Positions 47,091 through 57,881 of a stretch of 64,000 nt of DNA are shown here, piece after piece. Where the stretch lies: IMG/VR virus record IMGVR_UViG_3300037484_000235, positions 188,522-252,521 of that record. One strand, given 5' to 3'. The notes beneath the pieces are model-generated. The model had not been told where the DNA came from, did not search any database, and saw only the letters and a list, made by a program, of their open reading frames with translations. The DNA is from a virus (Duplodnaviria; Caudoviricetes). Numbering within the stretch: position 1 is the first letter of the stretch; each line of letters opens with the position of its first letter. Both the position numbers and the translations under genes were made by a program.

Positions 47091-47560
47091 AGGATCCTCG
47101 CCCGAAATTCCGGTGGGAGACTGTCCAACCATGAAACGTCAAGCTTCCACGGAAATCGACTCCGTTTGTCCCATTGACGCAGGGCATTCTCCACGTGGGT
47201 GTCAACTTGTGCTGGCGTCCATTGGTTTACCTTGGCTAGGTGCCGTTTGACTTGTGGGCCTTGCCCAATGGCTAGAGACCTTCCCAGATGCCTCACGGAG
47301 TGGCAGGGTGGGCAGAGACCCTCCAGTCCAATGAGTTTCTGAATGTGTCTGTGGTCGTTGTAGGCCCATCTTTCGTGGCACTCGATTGGATGCTTGCGAC
47401 CTTTTCCACCGCAGACTTCGCAAACGAAACCCGCCCTCACGTACTCTCGTTGCCGGAGAAGATCCCATCCCTCTGGGCTCAAGAGAGACCGAAGATTGAA
47501 GCCCCAGGTAGAGGCCGGGACCAATTCTGCGACGAGTCTGGGTGTGTTCACGAAGGGCAC
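47087..47560 (-). CDS. HNH endonuclease family protein (157 aa)
   Basis: CEVCG...ECHERW...LCPPCHSVRH. Confidence 0.85.
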   Translation of the reverse strand: MPFVNTPRLVAELVPASTWGFNLRSLLSPEGWDLLRQREYVRAGFVCEVCGGKGRKHPIECHERWAYNDHRHIQKLIGLEGLCPPCHSVRHLGRSLAIGQGPQVKRHLAKVNQWTPAQVDTHVENALRQWDKRSRFPWKLDVSWLDSLPPEFRARIL

Positions 47561-47620
47561 TTTACGCTTCTAGCCAGATCTTGGCGTTAGCGACACTATC
47601 AGAGCCCGCTTGTTGAACCC

Positions 47621-50617
47621 ATGACTGATACACTCGACAAGCTCAAGAAGGCGTTTCAACAAGCTATCAGCACCTCTGCGACCACACAGTCCTCGAATGA
47701 ACTGTTGATTCGACGCGAAGCGATCCAGTCCGGACAGGCATTTGGATCACCCATTGTCCCTGGTGGTATGGGAGCTTGGGTCGGGTCAGCTGGATTCCCT
47801 TATACTGGTACAGATGATCTGGGCCTTCAACTAGGCACAGGTCTTCCTGTCCGGAATTCCATCGAAATGGGATTGGGGTTGCCTGGTGTCCCCGATGTGG
47901 ACTTTGTCCCTTACGCTTGGAACACCAATCGTTTTGGTGGAAAGGGCCCAGCTCTTCTAGGCCACCCCATCTCTTGGGAGGTCGTTGGACCGACCCTGAA
48001 ATCCCCCTACTGTGACTGGCAATGGTTGGTTGATTTGGGGGCCAACACACTCACGTTAGAGGACGGACCCAATCCCCTAATCATTCCCAAGCCTACAGTA
48101 GCTGAGGCTTACAACTTCTCGGCCACATTTGAGGATGAGGGAGGTCTTTACGTACTCCTCTCATTTACTGGTGAGGGATACACGGGCGCTCTGGCGGCCC
48201 CACGAACTGCAATCCCAACAGCCACCGGCAAGGATCACAGAGCGCCATTTGAGCTTTTCAGGGTTCTGACCGTTGTAGGACAAGTGATCACGCTCCGCAG
48301 CGAAAAGCTCATGTCCTCGTACTTTGATGCGGGCACAGGGTGCCGGGCCATCACAGTTATTCGACCCAAGGTAACGCGCCTTGCACCTCTTCCGGCCGTG
48401 AAGTCTGGTGGTGGGCAGCTCAATCGAACGTTCGTTTTTGTGCCACCTGAGACCTCCGCTAGGTCTGAATACATGCCCCCCTATAGTGGTGGCGCTGGGC
48501 AGGGCACATGGCTAGCTGGTGGGTTTGACTCTTCCGGGTCCATTTCTGAGGGGGAGACTACTGATTGGGGTGGCTCACAAGCACTCCCGATCCCAAAACC
48601 ATTTGGGGAGCAACAGGGATACATCTCTGGCGTCCCTGATTTTGGTAAAGCGGGGCAATGGCGTCTTGAATTCGCTCAGTCCCTTCCTGCTGCGGTTGTG
48701 GTGGGGACTGTGATCCGAGTCCACAACTTGCGTGTGGCTGGGGCCACATTCCTTAGCGGTGGTGAGGGTGGTTCTGGCGGGTTGCCAGGAACCGCATTTG
48801 GTTTCTTCGAGATCGTGAACCTCAATCCTGGCCCACCAGATGAGGCCACACTTAGGAGAGCCCCTGAGATCGATCCGGATACGGGCTACGTCTACTATGG
48901 TGATGGACCATATGCTTCGGATTCTGGGGCTGCTGTTTGGGTCCAGTTCTTTCAGCCCATCTCGACTCTCTTTTCGGATGTTTCCCTCAATCTTGGCAAG
49001 CTTTCGGCGGCCAGGCTACAGAACCTGATTGATCCACGTACGGCGGGTCCCTCTATTACAGGACGAGACGGTTCGGGTGTAAGCCAAGTCCCGAGTGTGA
49101 TGCCTGACAGGGCAATTTTCAATACGCGTCCGGGTGAGGACCCCGGCAATCTTCTGGACCTCGGGTTCCGCTCTGTCTTCTTCCCGGCCAAGATCTTTGG
49201 CGGCGTCGCGGTTCCGGACTTTGACAATCCCATCGACACCGAGGGTGTGGTAGTCAACACCTCTGTCAACACTCGCCAGTACATTGAGGTGGACTACTCG
49301 GCTGGTGTGGCTTACCTATCTGAGGAGCCTCTTCCAAGCGGAACTCGCTGTGATGTGGTCCCGGATCTTGCGACTTACGCAGCCCCAAACAATCCCCGGA
49401 GCGAGATTGTTCTCTATGCTGCCTGTGTCCCCTATTCTATGGAGGAGGGCCAGACCGGGGGCGGGGTTCGAGTCATGTCGTCCAGCTTGGATTCTGTGGG
49501 CGCTGGATTTGGTACCAGTGACTTGGCCGATGTGTTTGGTCGGAGGATCATCACCCAGCCGGACGTAGTGCAGGTTCTTACACCTGCTGCCTTGGCAACG
49601 GTTACAACAGCGATCCCTGACACAAATATAACGGATATCCCCTCGTGCGGGTTCTTCTTCCTGGTGGACTCCCCCGCCGGGGTTTTGGGCAATCGTAGAG
49701 GCCCATACTACTACCAACTCTCAATGATTGGGGGTGGGATTGTCTCTTTGTTTGGGGTCTCGGGTCCGGCAGGGGCCACCACGCTTGATCCGGGTCCTGG
49801 TGTGAACACCCAGATCATCATTCAGCGGTCTATCCGAGCGTTTTCCCCAATCCTGACCAACTCTGATACGGTGCGCGGCTCTTCCAAGAGGGTCAACACA
49901 CTGGCTTTCAAGGGGGGTGACGTTTCGTTCAATGCCGACGGGTCCGTTTCTGTTGACGTACAACAGACGCTCCAGAAGGCTTACGACGGGGGCAATACCA
50001 TCCTGACACCTGTGAACCTGAATCCTGTGACCATTACAGATGGTGTGGACACCACTACTCTTGCTGCCTCAAGCGTCTCGTCTCTTGATTTCCTTTACAG
50101 TGTTGCCCAGACGAGACTCATCGTAATTCCTGTGCTTGATGGCATTTCCCGGACTGCTGCGGGCGTGCCTGATTGGGCGTTTTCATTCCCTGGTGGGACA
50201 TTTCCACACTGGACCTCCGTAATCGCAGCATCCGAAGTCCTTTTTCCCCTTCCGGTTCCCAACAACTGTTCCATTGTCAATGTTCTTGTGGTTGTCACAC
50301 CCATCTCCGTTGGTCTGGCCGCAGGAAATCGCATCCAGGCAGAGGTGTATTCCTTTGATCATGACTTCACAACCCCGGCAAATCCCACAGGAGGCCCGCA
50401 ATGGGCCGAGTGCGATGACAGTACTGGTTTGATTCAAACCTTGGACTTAAAAACCCATCCCAACATCGGTGGTGCCCCAGGTGCTACCCTTGTTGTAGCT
50501 AGTACCTCTGGAACGAAAGAGTGGTTTCTTCGCATCCGGTCTAGCACCGCTGTGGGGAATGACATCATTGCCTCCATCCAGCTCCAGCTTCAACTGAACA
50601 AGCCTGCGCAGTGGTGA
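47621..50617 (+). CDS. Virion structural / tail fibre-like protein (998 aa)
   Basis: Beta-rich; TLQKAYDGG motif before a C-terminal beta-sandwich-like domain, as in phage fibre proteins. Confidence 0.55.
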   Translation: MTDTLDKLKKAFQQAISTSATTQSSNELLIRREAIQSGQAFGSPIVPGGMGAWVGSAGFPYTGTDDLGLQLGTGLPVRNSIEMGLGLPGVPDVDFVPYAWNTNRFGGKGPALLGHPISWEVVGPTLKSPYCDWQWLVDLGANTLTLEDGPNPLIIPKPTVAEAYNFSATFEDEGGLYVLLSFTGEGYTGALAAPRTAIPTATGKDHRAPFELFRVLTVVGQVITLRSEKLMSSYFDAGTGCRAITVIRPKVTRLAPLPAVKSGGGQLNRTFVFVPPETSARSEYMPPYSGGAGQGTWLAGGFDSSGSISEGETTDWGGSQALPIPKPFGEQQGYISGVPDFGKAGQWRLEFAQSLPAAVVVGTVIRVHNLRVAGATFLSGGEGGSGGLPGTAFGFFEIVNLNPGPPDEATLRRAPEIDPDTGYVYYGDGPYASDSGAAVWVQFFQPISTLFSDVSLNLGKLSAARLQNLIDPRTAGPSITGRDGSGVSQVPSVMPDRAIFNTRPGEDPGNLLDLGFRSVFFPAKIFGGVAVPDFDNPIDTEGVVVNTSVNTRQYIEVDYSAGVAYLSEEPLPSGTRCDVVPDLATYAAPNNPRSEIVLYAACVPYSMEEGQTGGGVRVMSSSLDSVGAGFGTSDLADVFGRRIITQPDVVQVLTPAALATVTTAIPDTNITDIPSCGFFFLVDSPAGVLGNRRGPYYYQLSMIGGGIVSLFGVSGPAGATTLDPGPGVNTQIIIQRSIRAFSPILTNSDTVRGSSKRVNTLAFKGGDVSFNADGSVSVDVQQTLQKAYDGGNTILTPVNLNPVTITDGVDTTTLAASSVSSLDFLYSVAQTRLIVIPVLDGISRTAAGVPDWAFSFPGGTFPHWTSVIAASEVLFPLPVPNNCSIVNVLVVVTPISVGLAAGNRIQAEVYSFDHDFTTPANPTGGPQWAECDDSTGLIQTLDLKTHPNIGGAPGATLVVASTSGTKEWFLRIRSSTAVGNDIIASIQLQLQLNKPAQW

Positions 50618-50651
50618 CCTAGTAGGCTGTCTATAAATCCCATGGGTACAG

Positions 50652-51191
50652 GTGGTGCCCATGGTTCAATTCTGGACAAGCATACTCACGTCCCCAATCA
50701 TTCTCATCTCTGCGCTGCTCATTGGCACTATGGGTGAGGCCATAAAGCGAGGCGTGAACTCAAAGCAGATTGAGTGTGATGTGGTGGCCTACAGGGACAA
50801 CACAAAGCACCTCAAGGCCCCGGCTGCTTGGAAGCAAATCTTCTACTTTACACTTCCTGCTCAACCAGTTCTTGTGGGCATTGCGCTTGGATTCATCCCA
50901 TGGCTTCCAGCTGTGGATGGTCTTTCGAAGACTGGATACGACCTTGCAGCTCATGTTGGTACATACAGCCTGGCTGGTGTTGTATGCAAAGTGGGGTATG
51001 ACGTGATTATCTCTACCTTGAAGAGACTCGTTTCACGTGGACTTCAGAGCACTCTCACACCTACCCCAGCCGTACCACCGGTAGTTGTTCCTCCTGCGGA
51101 TCCGACTGTTCCTGTTGCAGAAGCCGATTCCCCTGTTCCCTCAGTGGAAGCCAATCCTTCTGTCACGCCAGCCGACAACGAGAATGTTTGA
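50652..51191 (+). CDS. Holin-like membrane protein (179 aa; start may be 50661)
   Basis: About three hydrophobic segments and a Pro/Val-rich hydrophilic tail. Confidence 0.5.
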   Translation: MVPMVQFWTSILTSPIILISALLIGTMGEAIKRGVNSKQIECDVVAYRDNTKHLKAPAAWKQIFYFTLPAQPVLVGIALGFIPWLPAVDGLSKTGYDLAAHVGTYSLAGVVCKVGYDVIISTLKRLVSRGLQSTLTPTPAVPPVVVPPADPTVPVAEADSPVPSVEANPSVTPADNENV

Positions 51192-51239
51192 CGCTTCGGC
51201 GTTTTGCCTATCGTCCCTAGACGTATAGTGGCATAGGCA

Positions 51240-52040
51240 ATGAGGATCTACGCAGATATCAATAGGCTCCCCGATGCAGGCGCAGAGCCAGACCTGGTGA
51301 TCATTCAGGTGGCCCCCACCCCTGCGGTTGGTTCGGCCCCTGTTCCGATCAATGGGAAATTCTACGTGGATATCCCGGATGGTGTGTCCCCTCCGGCTAT
51401 CACAGCGGCAAGCAAATTGCTAGGTGGTGCCAGCATAATCCCTGAGATTTTCACGGGACTTCTCTCGAAGTTCCCCAAGTACAGCTTCGTTCGAAGCAAC
51501 ACCTTGCTGGTTTCCGCTGACGTGGCTGCCTTGGACCTTGCTGCGACGTTCCCAGCCAGCGCAGGGCCGCCTCCTGTGGCCTGGACGACCAGGGCCCAGG
51601 TCGGGCGTGGGGCTGGTCCAGGGGCCGTTGGGTTGGCTCCCAATGCCGTAGCCATCCTTGCGCAGAACAACACGACGAGCCCAGTTCGTCCTGGACTGCT
51701 CATCACGGACACGATTGACATTTCGGCCGATATTCCAGCAGGGGCTAGCGAACTGGTCGTCTACTGGAAAATCCACGAGTATGGGGTCACGTCAGATGTG
51801 ATGGACTACGATAGCCCAAGTCCTGGGACGAACACGGCAGCAATCAAGCAACTTTCTGAGGTAAACCAGTCACCCGCTGACTTTGAAGTCTATCTATCTA
51901 CTAACGATGGTACAGGATACTCCTTAGTGAGTCGGCTGATACCCTGTGCGGTGTGTGGTCCGGGTACCCTGATTCGGCTGGCCTTCGTGAATAAATCCAC
52001 CACCAAACGCTACCTCGCATCCTATGCGATTCTGTACTGA
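51240..52040 (+). CDS. Virion structural protein (266 aa)
   Basis: Beta-rich C-terminus FEVYLSTNDG...IRLAFVN...YLASYAILY, typical of baseplate and fibre accessory proteins. Confidence 0.55.
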   Translation: MRIYADINRLPDAGAEPDLVIIQVAPTPAVGSAPVPINGKFYVDIPDGVSPPAITAASKLLGGASIIPEIFTGLLSKFPKYSFVRSNTLLVSADVAALDLAATFPASAGPPPVAWTTRAQVGRGAGPGAVGLAPNAVAILAQNNTTSPVRPGLLITDTIDISADIPAGASELVVYWKIHEYGVTSDVMDYDSPSPGTNTAAIKQLSEVNQSPADFEVYLSTNDGTGYSLVSRLIPCAVCGPGTLIRLAFVNKSTTKRYLASYAILY

Positions 52041-52054
52041 GAGGCTTTTGACCA

Positions 52055-55000
52055 ATGGCTGAGAATTGGGGACCCGGCGTTTCGCGCACTCTTTCCGCAC
52101 TTGCGAGGCAGTTTACTGCCGTCGTTTGGCAAGCGGATAGGCCACCTTTGGACAGTGAACTCAATCTCATGTCTCAGATTGAGTGGGAGGCTTTGTCGAG
52201 CACGGTACGCGCACAGGTCCACTCTGGGTTCTTCATGGATCCAACGCGGGCACGGGAGGACTATGCCGTCAATCCCCTCTGGGCCAATCAGTTCGTCATC
52301 GGTGTGCCCGCAACCGTGAGTGCGGTTGAGGAGCTGGAGCCCGTTCTTATTGCTGCGGTCAACGGTTGGGTGTTTCCAGTTGCTGGGACTCGTGAGGTGT
52401 CTGGAAGCATCCAGAATCGGATTGCCCTCAATCCACCTCCTTCGACAGATTCGCGCACGGACTTTGTGTTTCTTGAAGTCTGGCGTACGCTCATCGCCCC
52501 CAATCCATCTCTGGTCAACAAGCCTTCGGCTTCGACACTTTGGAAGTACGGGAACACTGAGTTTGGTGGCGTGAATATCACTGACGATCTCGAAGACCCT
52601 TCCATCGGATTCGAGACGACAGAGAGAGTTCAACTCCAATACAGGATCCGCGTTGTGGGTTCTGGTGACGGCCTTGGAACCAGCATCGACCTCTCCAACT
52701 ATCCTGATGGTTTGGATGACCCACAAGTACGGGCCTTGGGTACTGCTGCGGTTCCAACGGCGTTCACATTCGACAACATGCGTCAAGAGCTTGGTGACCC
52801 CAGCCTCTGGCGCGCTGGGGACGGCAACTATCTCAATGGTCTTGGAGCCATGGATGGGTACGTCTACGCGATACCCATTGCCGGTGTCTTTCGTCGTAAT
52901 GCCAGCCCGTTCGTCGCGGTAGCAAACGCGGGAAATCCCAACCAGAATGGTGCTTCCGAGCGCACCCCAAGCTCACGACTGCTCCCAGATCCCCGGGACG
53001 GTGCCCGTGCGCTGGACCAAGCGACCCTCACTGCGGACATCACCAGCATACAGACTGGTGCGATTGGACTGACTGACCTTGTCGGTTCGGCCCTGTCCGA
53101 CACAGAACTGTTCCCGATCGGTGTTACGACTAGGTTCCTTGTCCTGGGTACTGGTATTGATCGGGAGATCATTGCCTTCACCGGGACCAACGGGGTCAAC
53201 ACAATCACTGTGCCTACCCCAGGTGTTGGTGTGATTTCCGGTCGTGGCCGCAACGGGACGATGGCTCGGCCTCACCTTGCGGGCACACCAGTCGTGCTTT
53301 ACGACACACGCCCAGATGGGATCTACGCAGACGAGATCGCTCTGGACGACCTTGTAGATCTTCGCCGTGCAGTGAACTTTGGGGACTGGGATTACACTAG
53401 GATCCTCCAACACGCAGTGTCCTCCATCGCTCAGGGGACGCTCAAGACCACCTTCAAGAAGGCGGGCACTGGGGCGGACTCTTTCGGAGTGGTTACGACC
53501 GAGGTTTCGTACTTGTGGAGCGTTGGGGGTGCACCCCCAAACCACACCGAGCAAGTTGACGGCCCTGATGGCATCCGTACCGTCTGGTCGGACAGCGCAG
53601 CCATTCAGCCTGACGTCACAGTCATGGTGGACCCAAACGCACCTACAACGGGGGGCTTTGCGGATACTACCTTCTCGTCAAGCGTGGCCGCGAGCTGGGG
53701 TGTCGGAGCGGACTTTCAGCCTAGTGGATTCCTGAACAACCCGACTGTAGACGGCTGGACCAATGGGTCTGTGATTTTGGTCCACCTTGGTGGAACCACT
53801 GGCGCTGAAGGCGCACGAGGTGGATTCCCACAGGCGCCAAATCCAGAGGCTGTCCGCCATGTGTCTCCGGCGGAGATGTGGCTCTCAGATTCCAGCAACA
53901 CAGGTGAGCAGCACCCGTGGAAACTCCGATTCGAGGGCGGCGCTACAGCAGCTACCCCCACCCTCCCTGCCACGACCTCTTTGGCAAACGCATTCAGCGC
54001 AGCCCGCATCACATCCCCTGCGGTTACGGGGGAGACTGCTGCGCAGCATCCAGGTCCGATGTACCCGCTTAGGGACTCGAACTTCGAGCGGCCATTCATC
54101 GTACTGGGCGGGGTTCTGAACTCCGGGCTCACATTTGCGGGGATCCCATCTACGGCGGTGAACTTCATCAATCCAGTGGGCCCTGATATTCGGTATCAGA
54201 TTCGTGTCCCAGGCATGAACTTCGACACATTTGCGCTCCCACTTCTTCGAGGAACGCAAACTCTTCGTAACATGCTCACGGATGGTGATCGGGACAAGAC
54301 TGGAAACTCATCTCTGATCTATGTCGTCGTCTACGGAAATGCTTCGTCCAAGGACAACAACGGTGCATTCAAGGTCGTGGGTGCAGGTACCGCTTTCGGT
54401 GGGTATACAGACCAAATTGCGTCTGCTGTAGACCAGCTCGTGGTCATCCCACTCTCCGCCGATTTCTCTGCGTTCACTAACAACGTGGCAGAGGTAGTCA
54501 ATCTGGAGTTCCGCTCCCAGTTCATCAATGCCGAGGACGATCAGGGACGCACTGTAGGTCCCGCTGGCGTGGCTCTGGTGTTCACAGACCTGGCGAACAT
54601 CGGCACGTCCGTGTCAGGGACAGGTGACAGCATCGCTTTCGTGGCAGGCACCACCTACCGTCTAACGGATGCCGCTGCGGCTTTCACAGCGGAGGATGTG
54701 GGCAAGATTCTTCGAATCACGGGCGCCACTACAGTCGCCAACAATGGCGACTTCTTGATCACGGCTCGAACTGGAACCACCGCCGATTACGTGAATGCCG
54801 CTGGATTTGTGGAAGCCTATGTCGGGACTTGGCGTGTCATCGACAACGCCGGAAACCCTTGGGCCCCTGCGAATACGGCTCTTCTTGCAGTGCGTGAAAG
54901 TGCGGGGAAGGTCATCCCCATTAACAGCAAGGCTGTTATCACCTCAACGCTCATGTGGCACCCAAATCGTGGTTCCAGTCCGCGCGTTGCGGACAGGATG

Positions 55001-57772
55001 GTCCGGTTTACGGCCCGAGCATCGGCAGCCACGTTCCTACGGAACATCCCTTCGGTCGTAGATCCTGAGTTTTCGACTCTAGCCCCATACCCATCGGGTG
55101 AGCGTGAGTTCGATGGGACCCACATCCAGCTCTGGAATCGGCTCTCCTCACTCGGTGAGTTCGAGCCCCTGGCACCAGCCTATGGTGGGTTCGTGGTCGG
55201 CCGCTCTGAGCAAGACCGCGAGCACGAACTGTTCTTTGACCTGGGCTCGAAGAGCATTATCTTCCGACCCTTCATCAAGAAGAACATGACGTTCAAGGCT
55301 CTAACGACAGGGGCCACCCCATCCCTACTGGGGCCTACGGCATACCTTGATCTGACCGTCAAGGACGGGGCTGCAATCTTCACCTCGGGCCTCCAGATGG
55401 GCTTCCCTGTCCCACCTGAGTTCATGCCCCGTTTCGGTCGCCAGGACATCCCATACCATGTACGGACAGGTCCAACGGATCCGTTCATGCCGGGTATCAA
55501 TCACCTCTTCTGTGACGAGACAGACCCCACGGCGGAAGTCTTCTACATCATCGGAGGGGAAGACAACGGTGGCGCCCCCGCCGCCAATCTGGTCAATCCC
55601 ATCTTGTTCATTACGGATGAGGTTGCAATCCCCTATGGACACCGTGGTGACATGGGCCCACCACACCCAGCTTATGGTGGGCGCAAGCAGTTCTACACGG
55701 ATGTGGTTTCTTCTGACCTTGGGGTAGGACTCCACGGAATTGAGCTTCCTCCGTACTTGGGAATTGCACGCCTCTACGGTGTGTACGAGAAGGTGGATTT
55801 CCTTGCGAAGCTTGACCCAACGGCCATCGGTGGATTTCAATCGGACCGGCTCACACCCATCGTGGATCCCCCGACAAATCTGCTGCGCACGGGCGCCACA
55901 CAACAGACGCTGTTCATTCGGCAGGGTGGTGGTAACACTGAGACTGGAACGGCTGACGCCCACACCTATCTTGTGCCAGAGTCGGCTATTGACGTCTCGC
56001 TTGTGCCCGGCTTCATTGCGGGTGACATATTCACCACCTATGACTACGTAGTGGAGTGCGAGGTGTTCGGATTCAGCGAGGGTTGGATCAACAAGAACAA
56101 CTTCGTTCTCGCACGGCGCAATACGGGCACCGGGGCGGACATCACAGACGGGCAGAACCCTGAACTCGTAGATGTGAGCACGGTACTGCCGTGCGCTGCA
56201 CCAGTGGGTGATGCACTCTATCAGGCATACGAGAGGACCGTCTACCAGGGTGACCCCTACATGACCCGTGATGGGACGACCATTCAGGTCGCGGACTACG
56301 CGTCGCGCTACGGGCAGATCCTCCAAAGTGATGCCTTCCAGATTGCGACTCAGATCGAACAGTTCGATCCGGTCACGGGACTCATGAATGTGGAGCGCCC
56401 AAATCCGAGAGCACTTCAAGTGCTCGCGTCGATGGACTTCTACACAACCATTGGGACCGGCAAGATCGGCGGCCTGATGTGGAGTGGTACCCATCTTGAT
56501 GCGGGTTACATCGATACCTCCACGGCTGGAAGCTCCGAACGTGTTCCCTCGTCCTCTGGGGCTCTGCCTTGGCGGGTAGTACCCCGTGCCTTCACAGAGG
56601 GTCAGGTAACCAACACATCCCGTGGGTCTCTCGGTATCCAGCTCACAAACGCCAATCTCATCAATGGTGTAACCGCTGCTTTGTCGGTAGAGGTAGTCCA
56701 TCTGGGCAGTGGCATTACATTCGTAGGTGGCATTGAGTTCGTGGGCGCGAACACCTTGGATCTTGCGGCTAGCCTTGCCGCAGCAATCAATGCCAACGCA
56801 ACACTGGTCAACGTACTAACAGCTATCGCACTCAGTGACCGGGTTGTTCTCGTGTCCAAGGAAGTGGGGTTGGATGGTAACGCGACCCGTGTAAGTCTAG
56901 CCTACAACGCGCCCCCGTCCCCGTTCGTGAATCTGAGCCAAGCTGCCCAGATTCTAGACGGCTACGGTCTCGGCCTGTACCCGTCGAGCAATGCACACCC
57001 TGTCAACGGTGTCATAACCTCGGCCCAATTCGCAGGTGGTGCGGACATCCCTGTCAACGGTGGGTCCGGCAACTCCGCAATCTCGATTGGTGGTATGACC
57101 GAGAGATTGCCACTAGGTATCCTCGTAAGTGACTCCGATTTCATCTCCGAGAATCCACTAGGGGACAATGCCTCTGCCATGCGGACTTATCCAGGTGGTA
57201 TCCGTCCCATCTATGGGAATCTGCCCCTCACAACAGGCGGCGCTGAGTACACCACGTTCCTAAATGATCCTGGGTCACTTCTCGCTATGTCCGATGGTGG
57301 TGTTCTTCTCTACACCCCATACACACAAGCCACTCCGGCAGGATCGAAGAAGTTCCGCATCTTCCGTGGTGGTGGTGCCCTCTTTGTTTTGTCTGGCAAA
57401 GCACCAGGCGGACCTGTGGGGTGGGTGAGTGACTCATTCCCATCGAGTTTGAAGCCTGTTCTCAAGGGAGCGGTTCTAGCGTGCAAGGCTCTTCTCGTAC
57501 GCAACTTCCATGAGGAAGCATTTGCAGCAGCTCCGAATCCAACCCGCTCTGAGGGTGATGAGATTCAGATGGTCATTCTCACGCATGCCATCTATGGGCA
57601 TGGAGATTCACAGCAGGTTGGTGTGACTGTTCAGGGCGTGATTTCTCCCACTGGATACGGTGAGGGACTCGCGGCTTCGGATAGGTATTTGCTCGAAGGT
57701 CGCCCGATGGATCGTGGTCGGACACGTACAACACCAGATCCCGCACTTCAACCCGCCCCATTCCAGAGATGA
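52055..57772 (+). CDS. Large baseplate wedge / fibre-anchoring protein (1905 aa)
   Basis: N-terminal FTAVVWQ..RPPLDSELNL and RTDFVFLEVW...TT.RVQ.QYRIRVV resemble DUF4815-type jumbo phage baseplate proteins. Confidence 0.65.
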   Translation: MAENWGPGVSRTLSALARQFTAVVWQADRPPLDSELNLMSQIEWEALSSTVRAQVHSGFFMDPTRAREDYAVNPLWANQFVIGVPATVSAVEELEPVLIAAVNGWVFPVAGTREVSGSIQNRIALNPPPSTDSRTDFVFLEVWRTLIAPNPSLVNKPSASTLWKYGNTEFGGVNITDDLEDPSIGFETTERVQLQYRIRVVGSGDGLGTSIDLSNYPDGLDDPQVRALGTAAVPTAFTFDNMRQELGDPSLWRAGDGNYLNGLGAMDGYVYAIPIAGVFRRNASPFVAVANAGNPNQNGASERTPSSRLLPDPRDGARALDQATLTADITSIQTGAIGLTDLVGSALSDTELFPIGVTTRFLVLGTGIDREIIAFTGTNGVNTITVPTPGVGVISGRGRNGTMARPHLAGTPVVLYDTRPDGIYADEIALDDLVDLRRAVNFGDWDYTRILQHAVSSIAQGTLKTTFKKAGTGADSFGVVTTEVSYLWSVGGAPPNHTEQVDGPDGIRTVWSDSAAIQPDVTVMVDPNAPTTGGFADTTFSSSVAASWGVGADFQPSGFLNNPTVDGWTNGSVILVHLGGTTGAEGARGGFPQAPNPEAVRHVSPAEMWLSDSSNTGEQHPWKLRFEGGATAATPTLPATTSLANAFSAARITSPAVTGETAAQHPGPMYPLRDSNFERPFIVLGGVLNSGLTFAGIPSTAVNFINPVGPDIRYQIRVPGMNFDTFALPLLRGTQTLRNMLTDGDRDKTGNSSLIYVVVYGNASSKDNNGAFKVVGAGTAFGGYTDQIASAVDQLVVIPLSADFSAFTNNVAEVVNLEFRSQFINAEDDQGRTVGPAGVALVFTDLANIGTSVSGTGDSIAFVAGTTYRLTDAAAAFTAEDVGKILRITGATTVANNGDFLITARTGTTADYVNAAGFVEAYVGTWRVIDNAGNPWAPANTALLAVRESAGKVIPINSKAVITSTLMWHPNRGSSPRVADRMVRFTARASAATFLRNIPSVVDPEFSTLAPYPSGEREFDGTHIQLWNRLSSLGEFEPLAPAYGGFVVGRSEQDREHELFFDLGSKSIIFRPFIKKNMTFKALTTGATPSLLGPTAYLDLTVKDGAAIFTSGLQMGFPVPPEFMPRFGRQDIPYHVRTGPTDPFMPGINHLFCDETDPTAEVFYIIGGEDNGGAPAANLVNPILFITDEVAIPYGHRGDMGPPHPAYGGRKQFYTDVVSSDLGVGLHGIELPPYLGIARLYGVYEKVDFLAKLDPTAIGGFQSDRLTPIVDPPTNLLRTGATQQTLFIRQGGGNTETGTADAHTYLVPESAIDVSLVPGFIAGDIFTTYDYVVECEVFGFSEGWINKNNFVLARRNTGTGADITDGQNPELVDVSTVLPCAAPVGDALYQAYERTVYQGDPYMTRDGTTIQVADYASRYGQILQSDAFQIATQIEQFDPVTGLMNVERPNPRALQVLASMDFYTTIGTGKIGGLMWSGTHLDAGYIDTSTAGSSERVPSSSGALPWRVVPRAFTEGQVTNTSRGSLGIQLTNANLINGVTAALSVEVVHLGSGITFVGGIEFVGANTLDLAASLAAAINANATLVNVLTAIALSDRVVLVSKEVGLDGNATRVSLAYNAPPSPFVNLSQAAQILDGYGLGLYPSSNAHPVNGVITSAQFAGGADIPVNGGSGNSAISIGGMTERLPLGILVSDSDFISENPLGDNASAMRTYPGGIRPIYGNLPLTTGGAEYTTFLNDPGSLLAMSDGGVLLYTPYTQATPAGSKKFRIFRGGGALFVLSGKAPGGPVGWVSDSFPSSLKPVLKGAVLACKALLVRNFHEEAFAAAPNPTRSEGDEIQMVILTHAIYGHGDSQQVGVTVQGVISPTGYGEGLAASDRYLLEGRPMDRGRTRTTPDPALQPAPFQR

Positions 57773-57881
57773 TCTGTATTATCTCGGTCGCTTGTTGGGT
57801 ACTTGTTGGGTAGTGTCATTCGTTCTCCTAAAAGGGGGACGCGAATTGGAACCCTGACATCTATCTCAAGGAGCGACTCGA

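Noticed and set aside
55325-56701. 458-aa antisense ORF, and similar ones such as 25599..26585, 4974..5786 and 52022..52786
   Set aside because: They lie wholly opposite long GC3-biased genes, show no motifs and have Arg/Gly/His-skewed composition, as expected for antisense shadows.
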